Source of the DNA: Bdellovibrionales bacterium
Lineage (GTDB): Bacteria > Bdellovibrionota > Bdellovibrionia > Bdellovibrionales > UBA1609
Length of the DNA: 64,000 nucleotides
Direction of reading: 5' to 3'
Assembly (NCBI GenBank): GCA_965116155.1
Contig: OZ220488.1
Span: 977,103 to 1,041,102 of the forward strand
Part shown: positions 1-8,559 of the stretch, piece after piece
Position numbering within the stretch: the first letter of the stretch is position 1
Layout of the letters: each line of letters begins with the position of its first letter
Notes under the pieces: model-generated
Databases searched by the model: none
The model's input: only the letters and a program-made list of their open reading frames with translations
Told to the model about the DNA's origin: nothing
Position numbers and translations under genes: made by a program

Positions 1-1
1 A

Positions 2-520
2 ATTATTGCCAACATGCGCAAAGGCGTTCTGGATGTCGTGGTGTTGCCGGACCTCAAAACAGAGTTCGGCCTGAGCTTAGATAAATACAGCTCGCGCTTT
101 ATGTTTGAAGACGAAATGTGGCTCGTGGGCTCCTCTAAGGACATTACCATGCCCGATCATATTGAAGGGCTCAAAAATTTGTTCTCTCGACCTGTCGCGT
201 CTCTCATACAGTCGTATCCGAGCTTTCACCGCTTGCTTGAGAGCGAGCTGCGCCGTCACCCTGCTAATGCGGATAAGAGACCGGTTTTTGAGACCGACAA
301 TGTGGGTACGTTAAAGCGTGTGATTGAGTCCGGCCTGGGGTGGGGCTTTGTGCCTGCCCACTCGGTGCGTAAACAGGTGCGCACGCGGCGCCTGACCCGT
401 GTGTCTGTGGACGATCTTAAATACAGTGTGAACATCAACCTGTACTGGCTTAAAAACGACGACGTCAGCCAAAAGGCCGACACTTTTTACCGCGCTGTGC
501 ACCAACAAACCCTAGGTTAG
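2..520 (+). CDS. LysR-family transcriptional regulator, C-terminal effector-binding part (5' end outside window)
   Basis: The frame stays open to the window edge. The sequence ...FETDNVGTLKRVIESGLGWGFVPAHSVRKQV... resembles a LysR substrate-binding domain. The TAG stop at 518-520 lies in TTAG/GTGCGTAAGCAT repeat sequence. Confidence 0.6.
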   Translation: MIANMRKGVLDVVVLPDLKTEFGLSLDKYSSRFMFEDEMWLVGSSKDITMPDHIEGLKNLFSRPVASLIQSYPSFHRLLESELRRHPANADKRPVFETDNVGTLKRVIESGLGWGFVPAHSVRKQVRTRRLTRVSVDDLKYSVNINLYWLKNDDVSQKADTFYRAVHQQTLG

Positions 521-614
521 GTGCGTAAGCATCAGAACGTTAGTTAGCAGCGGCCTCTCACACCTCTAGGCACGGGAGATGCGCTTTGTGCCTGTGCATG
601 GTAGGTTCTCCCTC

Positions 615-704
615 GGAGAGGTGGCTGAGCGGTTGAAAGCACCGGTCTTGAAAACCGGCGGGCCTTTGCGGGCCTCGAGGGTTCGAATCCCTCCCTCTCC
701 GCCA
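615..704 (+). tRNA. tRNA-Ser (anticodon UGA)
   Basis: Cloverleaf read by eye. Acceptor stem GGAGAGG/CCTCTCC, anticodon loop CTTGAAA, long variable arm CGGGCCTTTGCGGGCCTCG, T arm GAGGGTTCGAATCCCTC, discriminator G plus encoded CCA. Confidence 0.9.
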
Positions 705-706
705 AG

Positions 707-895
707 TTAGAGTGCTAGCTGCGTAAGCATCAGAGCGCTAGTAAAATTCTCTGAGGTAGAGTGGCGGCACACTGATAGCCCCAACGGGGCGGCCATCAGG
801 GTGCCAAGCTTGTATCAGAGAATTTTGCGGCCTATGAAGCTTCTACGAGCCTGTGGCCTTGGGTGCTCTCTAGGCCCAAGGCGACCAGATTGCCG
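707..895. repeat. Mosaic hairpin-repeat array starting 2 nt after the tRNA-Ser CCA
   Basis: TTAGAGTGCTAG + CTGCGTAAGCATCAGAGCGCTAG + AAAATTCTCTGAGG...CTGATAGCCCC-loop-GGGGCGGCCATCAG...TCAGAGAATTTT + GGCCTTGGG...CCCAAGGC. The same modules recur at 10991-11394 and elsewhere. Boundaries approximate. Confidence 0.85.
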
Positions 896-936
896 CAAAA
901 GGGATGGAGCACGTAAGTGTAAATTAAGGAGAGGTT

Positions 937-1626
937 ATGAAAAAACAACTCACCTGGGTCGCTTTGGGAACACTGACCTGCGTAGCGGTGTACTGGGGCT
1001 TTTGGCACACGACACGCTCTTGGCAGGAGGCGGAGTATTTTTTAGACCCTGCGCAAGAACGAGGGCTGGCAGCACAAAGCGCCACCCACATTAAAAAGCA
1101 TTCAAAAAGTGCGGCCAGCGTAGATAATTTATCTAAAGGGCTCAGTTGGGTGCGCACCAGGCCAGGCTACCTAGGGGTACGCTTAAAGCATCCGGTACTA
1201 GAAGTAGCCGGTGGGCAAAAAGCTTATGCCTGCGATGTATACACTTCTATAAGCTTAGAGTTTTTGTCTGAAGGGGTTTATGTATCGGGAGACCCCTCTA
1301 AAATGACGGCCAAAGGACCTTGCAAAAGCACTAAAGACAACCAACATATCGAAACCCTGTGGCTGCCGTTGGGAGAGGTGTTTAAAAAACCGCGCCGAGA
1401 CCTCGCCAATTATGTGTCTGCAGGAGAAAAAACCACCGTCTCCCTAAGCAACATAGGCCATACCTGGCCCAAGTCCTGGGTGCTAAGTGGGGTGGAGTTT
1501 TTACGCAACCCCACCCCGGGGCCACGCAAACCCACAGACACCATGAGTAACGCAAAACCCATCCGCATTGGCTTAAAAGGCCTGCGCAACCCTCAAGGCC
1601 TAGCCCCTGTGTTTCAATACGATTAG
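937..1626 (+). CDS. hypothetical membrane-anchored/secreted protein
   Basis: ATG preceded by AAGGAGAGG. N-terminal hydrophobic segment VALGTLTCVAVYWGFW. No family recognised. The TAG stop is the TAG of a TTAGAGCGCTAG repeat terminus. Confidence 0.6.
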   Translation: MKKQLTWVALGTLTCVAVYWGFWHTTRSWQEAEYFLDPAQERGLAAQSATHIKKHSKSAASVDNLSKGLSWVRTRPGYLGVRLKHPVLEVAGGQKAYACDVYTSISLEFLSEGVYVSGDPSKMTAKGPCKSTKDNQHIETLWLPLGEVFKKPRRDLANYVSAGEKTTVSLSNIGHTWPKSWVLSGVEFLRNPTPGPRKPTDTMSNAKPIRIGLKGLRNPQGLAPVFQYD

Positions 1627-1735
1627 AGCGCTAGGAAAATGCCCTGGGACTAAGCGCAGTCTCTAGCGCAGCCCCCTTTAGGGGGTGTCCGCGATAGAGA
1701 CAAGCGTCCCACAGAATTTTGGGCTAGCACTCTAA
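1623..1735. repeat. Compact complete repeat element (113 bp) with TTAGAGCGCTAG / CTAGCACTCTAA inverted termini
   Basis: It fills the whole gap between two convergent genes and supplies both stop codons (1624-1626 TAG; 1732-1734 CTA = TAG on minus). The interior is nested hairpins (GGGAC...GTCCC, GCAGCCCCC TTTA GGGGGTGTCCGC). Confidence 0.85.
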
Positions 1736-2190
1736 TTCAAATACAGTTCGCGGCTAATGCGATACAGCAAACTAAGCTCCTCCATGCCGTCGCTTCGCAG
1801 CTCTTCGGGTCGGTCTGTAAAGTCTTCGCGTTTAATAATATGCTTGGTAATATGCACTTCTACTGTGGCAGGAAGGCTCTCAGGAGGTAATTTTATAATT
1901 TGTATTCTAATATAATACGGCCATACGAGGTGCTGGCTTTCTAAACGGCTATAAAATTTAAAACTCTCAGGCGAATGGCGGTTGAGTTCGGTTACTATAT
2001 CGCCTGTATCTATGTCGCCGTTTTTTATAGTGTAACCCTGCGTGGCTTTGCGCATGGCAAACCACACGCTTTTGTAGTCTGACACAAATTGCTTTTTATA
2101 TGTCTTGGGCCGTATGGATTGTGGCAACGATACACAGCCCAAGGACAAAAAAACAATACACCCCAAAAAAATGCAGCCCTTTTTGTTCAT
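1732..2190 (-). CDS. hypothetical lipoprotein
   Basis: Signal peptide with lipobox FLSLGC. No family recognised. The stop lies inside a repeat terminus. Confidence 0.6.
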   Translation of the reverse strand: MNKKGCIFLGCIVFLSLGCVSLPQSIRPKTYKKQFVSDYKSVWFAMRKATQGYTIKNGDIDTGDIVTELNRHSPESFKFYSRLESQHLVWPYYIRIQIIKLPPESLPATVEVHITKHIIKREDFTDRPEELRSDGMEELSLLYRISRELYLN

Positions 2191-2195
2191 AGTAT

Positions 2196-2990
2196 TTACT
2201 CAAGCTCTAATTTTTTTTGTTGATCCCACCAGGCTAACCAAATGCGCTGTCGCTCCTTTAGGCCAATATGGTTGTGGGGTTTTCTTAAGTAACCCGGCGC
2301 CCGTACACTAGAAAACACCCCGCGGGGGGTGATGTTTTCTAAAGCCGTAACAGCAGGTTTGTGCAATCGTACATCTTTGTCTGTTAGCATTTTTATAAAG
2401 CGCGCGGTGTCTTGAGAGCTTGCCACGACACCTAGAGCTTGGGCGATGTTTTTACGCACCCAAAGGCTCTGACCGTTTTTAAAATTTTCACTCGCATAGA
2501 GTTTTTCCCATAAAATGGGTCGGGCTTTTTTAGATTTTAGCTGCATAAGACTTTTGGCTGCCGCAGCTCGTACTACTAGTGCAGCGTCGTCTAATAATTT
2601 TATACACAGGTCTTCACTCCAAGGCTTGGGCCCATAGGCCAGGGCTATAGCTGCTGAATTGCGCAAAAACCACTCGCTGCTTTGTGTGGCCTGTTGGATT
2701 AACCCCATGGATTTTTGCGGAAAGCTACGCCCCGCTATGGTTAAGGCGCGCCAGCGTTGATTGATATTCCACTCGGATGAAAAGACCATTTGTTCTAACA
2801 AGGGCAACACATCTGGGCCGCGTTTTTTGATAATACGCAAACGGTCTTCTAAAGGCAGGCTTAGACTTGCAGCAAGTGCGTTTAAGTCTTTAGAGTCTGA
2901 CTGTGTTAACGTGCTTTTAGGCACGGCATTTACAGGTGCCCCACTCCCTATAAAAATACTAAAAAATACAGCTATAAAACAAAAACGCAT
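2196..2990 (-). CDS. secreted HEAT/armadillo-like repeat protein
   Basis: N-terminal signal peptide (MRFCFIAVFFSIFIGSGAPVNA). Repeated helical motifs of HEAT type (RNSAAIALA, VRAAAAKSL, VRKNIAQALG). Confidence 0.5.
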   Translation of the reverse strand: MRFCFIAVFFSIFIGSGAPVNAVPKSTLTQSDSKDLNALAASLSLPLEDRLRIIKKRGPDVLPLLEQMVFSSEWNINQRWRALTIAGRSFPQKSMGLIQQATQSSEWFLRNSAAIALAYGPKPWSEDLCIKLLDDAALVVRAAAAKSLMQLKSKKARPILWEKLYASENFKNGQSLWVRKNIAQALGVVASSQDTARFIKMLTDKDVRLHKPAVTALENITPRGVFSSVRAPGYLRKPHNHIGLKERQRIWLAWWDQQKKLELE

Positions 2991-3131
2991 GGTCTTGACC
3001 CCCCATTATTGCAAGATTTGAAACTCTCTTTTTCATTCTGAGCCACGCACGAACTCAAGTCACCGCAGCGGCTAGTCTATGGACGTGCTTGCTTTAGTAG
3101 AAAAATTTGTAGTACAGCTGTTGTGTATAGT

Positions 3132-3208
3132 GGCGGGGTAGCTCAGCTGGTTAGAGCAGTGGAATCATAATCCACGTGTCGGGGGTTCAAGTCCCTCCCT
3201 CGCTACCA
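3132..3208 (+). tRNA. tRNA with CAU anticodon (elongator Met, or Ile2 if lysidine-modified)
   Basis: GGCGGGG TA GCTC AGCTGGTTA GAGC A GTGGA ATCATAA TCCAC GTGTC GGGGG TTCAAGT CCCTC CCTCGCT A CCA. There is no C1xA72 mismatch, so it is not an initiator. Met versus Ile2 cannot be decided by eye. Confidence 0.85.
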
Positions 3209-4462
3209 ATTCAGCCTGCAGGGCTGTTCGTAGGCTAAAAACTCAGCGTCCTCTAACAAAGGTCCGTACTTTTGTAGTGAGTTTAAATACTGCTGCATGA
3301 GCATGTTTTTTTTGCGCTCTATTTTTTTTTGGATATTTGGGTCTGCTGTGCGGCAGAGCTGTTTTTCTAATTGTGCCATCCCGCGCCATAGGTCTAGCTG
3401 CTGGGTGTGGATTTTTTGCTTAAGCTCTGGTTCACTTAATGGCTCTAAAGCCACAAGGGCGTTAGCACTAGGCTCTTGAGGCGGCTGTGAACTAAGCGCC
3501 TGCTGCAGCATGGGGTATAGCAAGGGCCAGTGGTTATAGAGCATGTGGCTTGTTTCGTACACGGCACCCACGCCTAGCAATAAGCCCGAACTCAAATACA
3601 AAACCCGCGCCGTGGTTTGTATTGGCAGGTAGATTTGCTCACGCTTAATATGGGCCTCTATGCTAGAGGCTAATTTTTGTTTAAATCTTTCTGCTCCATG
3701 GAAAGTTAAAAGCGCGGCCTTATTGTTTTGAAGCTGTATTTGGCTCGCTCGCCATGCCCAATGGGTAAAGCCCGCAAAACGTGCTGCCAAGCCTTTTTGC
3801 GGAGGCTCTGGCATATGAGCTGCAAAAGACTTGTCCGATAGGTGCATGGTTTCTAACCTGTAAGCCAAAACATGCAGATGCAAAATCAGCTCCGCCTGAT
3901 GTTGAGCTAGCTTTTTAATGGCATCTCTCATCCCCGCCTCTTGGCCGTGGTAGTGCCGCGCCACACTAGCGCGCAAACCCACAACAAAGGGAGCTTCTAA
4001 AAGCGCTTGCGCCAACTTCCATGTAAAGTGGTGCAAGGTGTTATCCAATGTGTCACAAGTTGGCACCCGCAAAAACAAGTCACTAGAGCCTTTGCCTCGC
4101 GTGATATCCCACTGATTATATGGGGCGTAGGGGTGCTGGCACTCTTCTGGCTCTACTAGCTCCAACGCAACTTGGGCATAGTACCGATCTAAAAGCGCTG
4201 TGCTGATTGCAAAGTACCGGCTATTAAAGCGCGCATCTAGCAGTTGTGCTAGCGTGTGCAAGTCATAAGCTCTTTCCCCATGGCGCGCTTTGGCTGGAGC
4301 CAACAGCAAAATCCCAGGGCCTGCATTTTTTGAGGATTTTAAAAGCGCACCACAAGGCTCGCTCGCATAGCTGCTAGCAGCAAAAACAACCACCAGCACC
4401 CAATATGCTACGAAGCTCAAACAAGAACCCCATGGATCCACTTTGTGCTGCTCCTTATTCAT
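3203..4462 (-). CDS. hypothetical secreted protein
   Basis: Start trimmed to the internal ATG at 4462, giving the signal peptide MNKEQHKVDPWGSCLSFVAYWVLVVVFAASSYA. The upstream 60 codons of the ORF look non-coding. The stop codon overlaps the tRNA 3' end by 6 nt. Confidence 0.5.
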   Translation of the reverse strand: MNKEQHKVDPWGSCLSFVAYWVLVVVFAASSYASEPCGALLKSSKNAGPGILLLAPAKARHGERAYDLHTLAQLLDARFNSRYFAISTALLDRYYAQVALELVEPEECQHPYAPYNQWDITRGKGSSDLFLRVPTCDTLDNTLHHFTWKLAQALLEAPFVVGLRASVARHYHGQEAGMRDAIKKLAQHQAELILHLHVLAYRLETMHLSDKSFAAHMPEPPQKGLAARFAGFTHWAWRASQIQLQNNKAALLTFHGAERFKQKLASSIEAHIKREQIYLPIQTTARVLYLSSGLLLGVGAVYETSHMLYNHWPLLYPMLQQALSSQPPQEPSANALVALEPLSEPELKQKIHTQQLDLWRGMAQLEKQLCRTADPNIQKKIERKKNMLMQQYLNSLQKYGPLLEDAEFLAYEQPCRLNW

Positions 4463-4616
4463 ATGAACAAAAAATAGACGCCCTCTTTGTTGCCAAAAGC
4501 CACTAAATACCCTACCAGGGGGCATTATACAGAACCTTAATTGGCATGGGGATTGCATGCAAATGTTGCACTGTGGCACGTTGTTGCGCCGTGTCATATT
4601 AGAAGGAAATTGGCTT

Positions 4617-5141
4617 ATGTCTGTCTTTAAAAAAAACCTCAAAAAGTCGCTTAAAAGGGTACCGTTTTTAAAAAAGCGGCCTTCTGCCAGAAAGCTTTGT
4701 TTGGAATTTTTACGCTATACGAGTTTTGCGGGGTTTATGTTTTGTTGTTTATCGGTTGCTTTGTATTTTCAAAAAAACGCTGTACAAAAAATAGAGCTAA
4801 GTGCTGCTTATGTATTGCATGCGCCGTATCCGCCTTTTAAGCAGATTATCGCCCGTATCAAGTGGCCTACGCCGCAGATTTTGTGCCAAAATTATCACTT
4901 GCCTCAAGAGTTTGATGGTTGTGTTAGGAACACCCATGTGCAGCAGTATGCTATGATTCTTATGAACGAGCGTGATTGCATTATGCAGCTGCGGCTTACG
5001 GGTTTGCAGCATAATGACGAGCTGGAGAAAAACCTTTGCATCTTGCAAAAACTACAAAACGTCAAATCACCTCGTATCGAAAAAACCATCACTGTCGCCC
5101 CACACTCTCCGCGCCCTCCCAAGCCCCAACACACCATTTAA
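4617..5141 (+). CDS. hypothetical membrane protein
   Basis: ATG at 4617 preceded by AGAAGGAAA. One TM segment (SFAGFMFCCLSVALYF). The TAA stop lies in TTAAGTGCGTAAGCAT repeat sequence. Confidence 0.45.
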   Translation: MSVFKKNLKKSLKRVPFLKKRPSARKLCLEFLRYTSFAGFMFCCLSVALYFQKNAVQKIELSAAYVLHAPYPPFKQIIARIKWPTPQILCQNYHLPQEFDGCVRNTHVQQYAMILMNERDCIMQLRLTGLQHNDELEKNLCILQKLQNVKSPRIEKTITVAPHSPRPPKPQHTI

Positions 5142-5653
5142 GTGCGTAAGCATTAGAGTGTTAGAAAAATGCCATGTGGGACGCTGTGTGGTATCCTTGT
5201 CTTTGACGATAATGTGGCAAATGAGGTCACGTTTCATTCACTTGCTTCGAGCAAACCCTGACACAGGCGACAATATTTGCCTCGATCTAGAATATCCTCA
5301 CTTCAGGTACGCACTTAGACCCCATTTGCAGGGCCATAAAGAGCTGTCTAGTGCACAAAAATGCCTCAGGCCGAACCACTTGTCCCGTAAGGATAAAAGC
5401 GCCAGCAAAAACACTTTGATCAGAGACGCAGACACATTGGCAGCCCCTGCAAGGGGCGCCAGCCAAGGTGGCAAGCGAGGCTCCCATTTAAAGTGTTTTT
5501 GCGCGCTAGACAGCCCTCAACGCGCCGATAGCTTTGGACGATCTGTAGGTCCAAAGCGTACACACTCTCGTAGATGACCCGCTTCTCGCGGCGCTATCAG
5601 GTAGACGGCGTAGGGCTGAGGACATTTTTGCTGGCACTTTTATGCTCGCGCTA
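5139..5653. repeat. Mosaic hairpin-repeat array between convergent genes (stop to stop)
   Basis: Contains GTGCGTAAGCATTAGAGTGTTAG, a long-hairpin module (5216-5351), CAGCCCCTGCAAGGGGCGCCAGCCAAGGTGG, GCTTTGGACGATCTGTAGGTCCAAAGC and TTTTTGCTGGCACTTTTATGCT. All have homologs elsewhere in the window. Confidence 0.85.
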
Positions 5654-8509
5654 CTCGCACTTAAAGAACAGGTGCTTGTCGGGTGTGCCAGAGACAGCAG
5701 TGTCGCCGGTGCCCGAAAGTGCGGTGAGCGTGTTGTTAGAGTCCACCGTAAGACGCACGCCGAAGCATCTGTCATCTAACTTAGTGCCAGACACAGGGCA
5801 AGTGCTCGGTGTGACTTTCTTAGAAACCGCAGCCTCGGCAAATGTCGTAGCACTTAACACTACCATTTTAAGCGTTTTACTACTGTCCTCACACTTGATC
5901 TTGCTTGTTTTGCCCGTAAGACTAAGCCGCTTTTCTAAACCACCCAGCCTGTCCCAAGAAAACCCGTCAATCAAGTACGTAAGCTCTGTGGCGGCATTGT
6001 TGCTGTCATACAAATAATCGTTCCCCTTACCACCATACAGCACCTGAACATTAGCATGGTACGAATGCAGCTCGTCTGCCTTATCCGTAAAACCCCACAA
6101 CCTTGTGTGCTCATTAGGGTCTACAATCCAAGGCGTAACCCAATAACCATCCTCCCCCTTGGTTTTGTCTTTAGCATGAATCCGCAAACGGGTATAATGA
6201 CGCACATTCTCCGCCACTTTATGCGGCACACTAGAAGACCACGTCACCTTCTCCTCACCGGTACCTGTGCACCAATCGTCCCCTTGCACATCCCCTGAAG
6301 GCGCATCACCCACATTACCCGTCTTTTGACAGTGCGTATACTCCCTCCTAATTTGATCGTCCGATGTATATGGCGGATTAAAAATATACAGCCTAGCATA
6401 TTTTGCAAAACCTATAGGGTTATCTCTAACGGAGGCATCAAGACTTGTAACAACAGGGACTTTAGTCGCACGCCTTGCCTCAAGCCCAGCTTTGTTTGTA
6501 CACAAATTATTTAAAACCAATCCATCTGTAAAATGTGTAGAGGTGGTTCTAAACTTACACTCACAGGCTGTTCCGTCATCAGCTGTCACCTTCTTTCTAC
6601 CACAACGCTCGGTAGCGTCCGGACACAAATTAATCGCTTTGTTGTCTTTATCCACAGTAAATAATTTAGGACTGTTATATGTTCTATGTGCTGTGTACTG
6701 GTTACATGCAAGAAGCTTGTAAGTTCCGCTTGGCGCTGTTGTAACCGGCATAACTACAGACAAATGATCCTTCCACGATAAATCATCCTCTGCCTTGGCC
6801 GGCGCTAGAGCATAAGTGTAAGAATATCCCGTATCCACACCGGTTAACGTATAGGTAAATGTATCGTCGGACTTAGTAACAGACGCCGCCGCAACATAAC
6901 CCGCCTTAGCCCACATAGCACCATGGGTCACGGGCTTTCTTAAAATATGCACACCCGCTAACTTACGCTCCAAATTAGGCGTGGCTTCTACACTCACTTC
7001 GTCACAACTGTCTAACTCACCCGCATTAGACGCCAAATGGTACATGCTATTTGCTGCCGCATCATCACACTCCCACGTAAACACCAAACTCCCTACGGCC
7101 GTGCCGGGCTTCACCTTTGCCTCAGCAAAGGGCGCCGCCAGTGCAGGACCCTGAGCAAGAGTCGACACCTGACACACATCATTAGAATCAACAAAACCCG
7201 CGGTGTCTTGCGTAGCAGTCACTGTGGCTTTACACGTACAGCTTGCACCAACTGTACCCGTTGCCGTTTTATGCCCACACACATCTGCTTTGTTGTGGCA
7301 TTCATTAGATGCAACTAAGCCCGGCACCTCTTGCGTAGCACCAGCCGTAGCTTTACACGTACAATCTGCGTTATCAGTTGCTACGTGGGTTTTTGTGCCG
7401 CAAACATTGTTTGCCACACACATGCCTGAATCAATAACACCCGCGGCATCAGTGGCATCTGCAACCGCGAGCTTACACGTGCAGCTCGTGCCATTGGTAC
7501 CCGTTTGGGGCTTTTGACCACATACCACTTCGCTCAATGTGCATTTGCCTGCAGCAACCACACCTTTTTTGGTTGCGCCGCTCTCAGTACAAGCACACGC
7601 ATCATCGTCATCTAAGCCAGCAGGAGCCGCCTTCTCACCACACACCTCACTAGGCGTATCGTCACCATCATCACCGTCGTCATTATCGTCATTGTTATCG
7701 CTGTTGTCGTCATCATCATTGTCATCGTTGTTATTACCGGATGCGGGCTTTGTGATGTTGTCCTCTTCATCCTCACCTAGACCAAAAGCCTCATCAGCGT
7801 CGTCATCCCCGCCCCAGTGCACAGCTACAAACAAATACCCATCGCCCGTTGCAGCACCACCATCATCTGTAGACTTCACCGTTACATCTTCACCACCAAA
7901 AGCTAGCACCGCACCTACGTCTTCAGATTCCGTATCCTCATCTTCACCCGTAAACCGAACCGCTTGCTTGCCGAGCTTTTTTGTTTTATCCAAATCATCA
8001 GAATCTATAAGAAAAAACAGCATATCCCCTGTGTTGATTTCCACCTCGTCATCGTCACCGTCATTATCATCCAACTCGTACATATAGATTTTTTCATCCG
8101 ACAACGCGAGCAAACCTTTAGCCACTTTTTCAGGCAAATCTTCTGCAGAATCCGCACACTCTATATCAAGCGTGTGATCCTTGGCGTTAACCTGATACTC
8201 TAACTCGTAGGTCTCTGTAGCATCGTTAGGGCAGTCTTCAGCATCAAACTCCACACCTGCCTCGCTTTGAGACATGCGGACCTTGGCTACCGCCACACCA
8301 TGCAGCGACGCTAAAAAGGGCTTTAGGTCATAGTCAGTACCACCGCTCGGCACGACCAAGGTGTCGTGGTCTTTAAGCACCGCTGCACTAAGGTCTTTCG
8401 ACGCCGCAACGGTTACTGTTGTCTCATCACCACAGGCCCCCACCATAAAAGCACAAGCCAAAACCGTACAAAAAATAGCAATTAGCTGCTTACTCACAAA
8501 ACCCTCCAT
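5651..8509 (-). CDS. large acidic lipoprotein with five Cys-rich repeats (unknown family)
   Basis: Lipobox FMVGAC. Asp/Asn tract NNNDDNDDDDNSDNNDDNDDGDDGDD. Repeat units of type VCG-K-x(9-11)-C-x-CK-x(n)-C occur four times in tandem plus one distal copy. Start could be GTG 8518 or ATG 8509. Confidence 0.7.
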   Translation of the reverse strand: MEGFVSKQLIAIFCTVLACAFMVGACGDETTVTVAASKDLSAAVLKDHDTLVVPSGGTDYDLKPFLASLHGVAVAKVRMSQSEAGVEFDAEDCPNDATETYELEYQVNAKDHTLDIECADSAEDLPEKVAKGLLALSDEKIYMYELDDNDGDDDEVEINTGDMLFFLIDSDDLDKTKKLGKQAVRFTGEDEDTESEDVGAVLAFGGEDVTVKSTDDGGAATGDGYLFVAVHWGGDDDADEAFGLGEDEEDNITKPASGNNNDDNDDDDNSDNNDDNDDGDDGDDTPSEVCGEKAAPAGLDDDDACACTESGATKKGVVAAGKCTLSEVVCGQKPQTGTNGTSCTCKLAVADATDAAGVIDSGMCVANNVCGTKTHVATDNADCTCKATAGATQEVPGLVASNECHNKADVCGHKTATGTVGASCTCKATVTATQDTAGFVDSNDVCQVSTLAQGPALAAPFAEAKVKPGTAVGSLVFTWECDDAAANSMYHLASNAGELDSCDEVSVEATPNLERKLAGVHILRKPVTHGAMWAKAGYVAAASVTKSDDTFTYTLTGVDTGYSYTYALAPAKAEDDLSWKDHLSVVMPVTTAPSGTYKLLACNQYTAHRTYNSPKLFTVDKDNKAINLCPDATERCGRKKVTADDGTACECKFRTTSTHFTDGLVLNNLCTNKAGLEARRATKVPVVTSLDASVRDNPIGFAKYARLYIFNPPYTSDDQIRREYTHCQKTGNVGDAPSGDVQGDDWCTGTGEEKVTWSSSVPHKVAENVRHYTRLRIHAKDKTKGEDGYWVTPWIVDPNEHTRLWGFTDKADELHSYHANVQVLYGGKGNDYLYDSNNAATELTYLIDGFSWDRLGGLEKRLSLTGKTSKIKCEDSSKTLKMVVLSATTFAEAAVSKKVTPSTCPVSGTKLDDRCFGVRLTVDSNNTLTALSGTGDTAVSGTPDKHLFFKCE

Positions 8510-8559
8510 GGATAGCACATGACCTTGTAAAAGGATCGGACAAAAGTGGCCAGTAGCTC

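Noticed and set aside
615-895. tRNA-Ser as an integration site of a genomic island or prophage.
   Set aside because: No integrase and no duplicated tRNA 3' segment are present. The DNA after the tRNA is the common repeat mosaic, followed by ordinary small genes.
1623-1634. Stop-codon reassignment or programmed readthrough as the reason TAG is embedded in a conserved motif.
   Set aside because: Proteins end at sensible lengths at these TAG/TAA codons, and TAA, TAG and TGA are all used as terminators in well-conserved genes in the window. The motif is better explained as a repeat terminus.
4972-6017. ORF-track entries lying in repeat arrays as real genes (4972-5577, 5574-6017, 5287-5487, 9014-9289, 11530-11799, 27589-27909, 30700-30891, 56312-56776, 60817-61152, 63361-63555).
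   Set aside because: They are translations of multi-copy hairpin DNA. For example, similar MALQM...KCVPE peptides arise wherever the long-hairpin module occurs. They lack start-site context and overlap each other in several frames.
7539-8087. A Ser-rich 182-aa ORF antisense to the large acidic lipoprotein gene, and similar antisense ORFs (10632-10994, 15896-16654, 16964-17344, 62098-62541).
   Set aside because: The low-complexity Ser/Leu runs are simply the complement of the Asp/Asn/Glu codon tracts of the sense gene. The sense genes have clear domain content.
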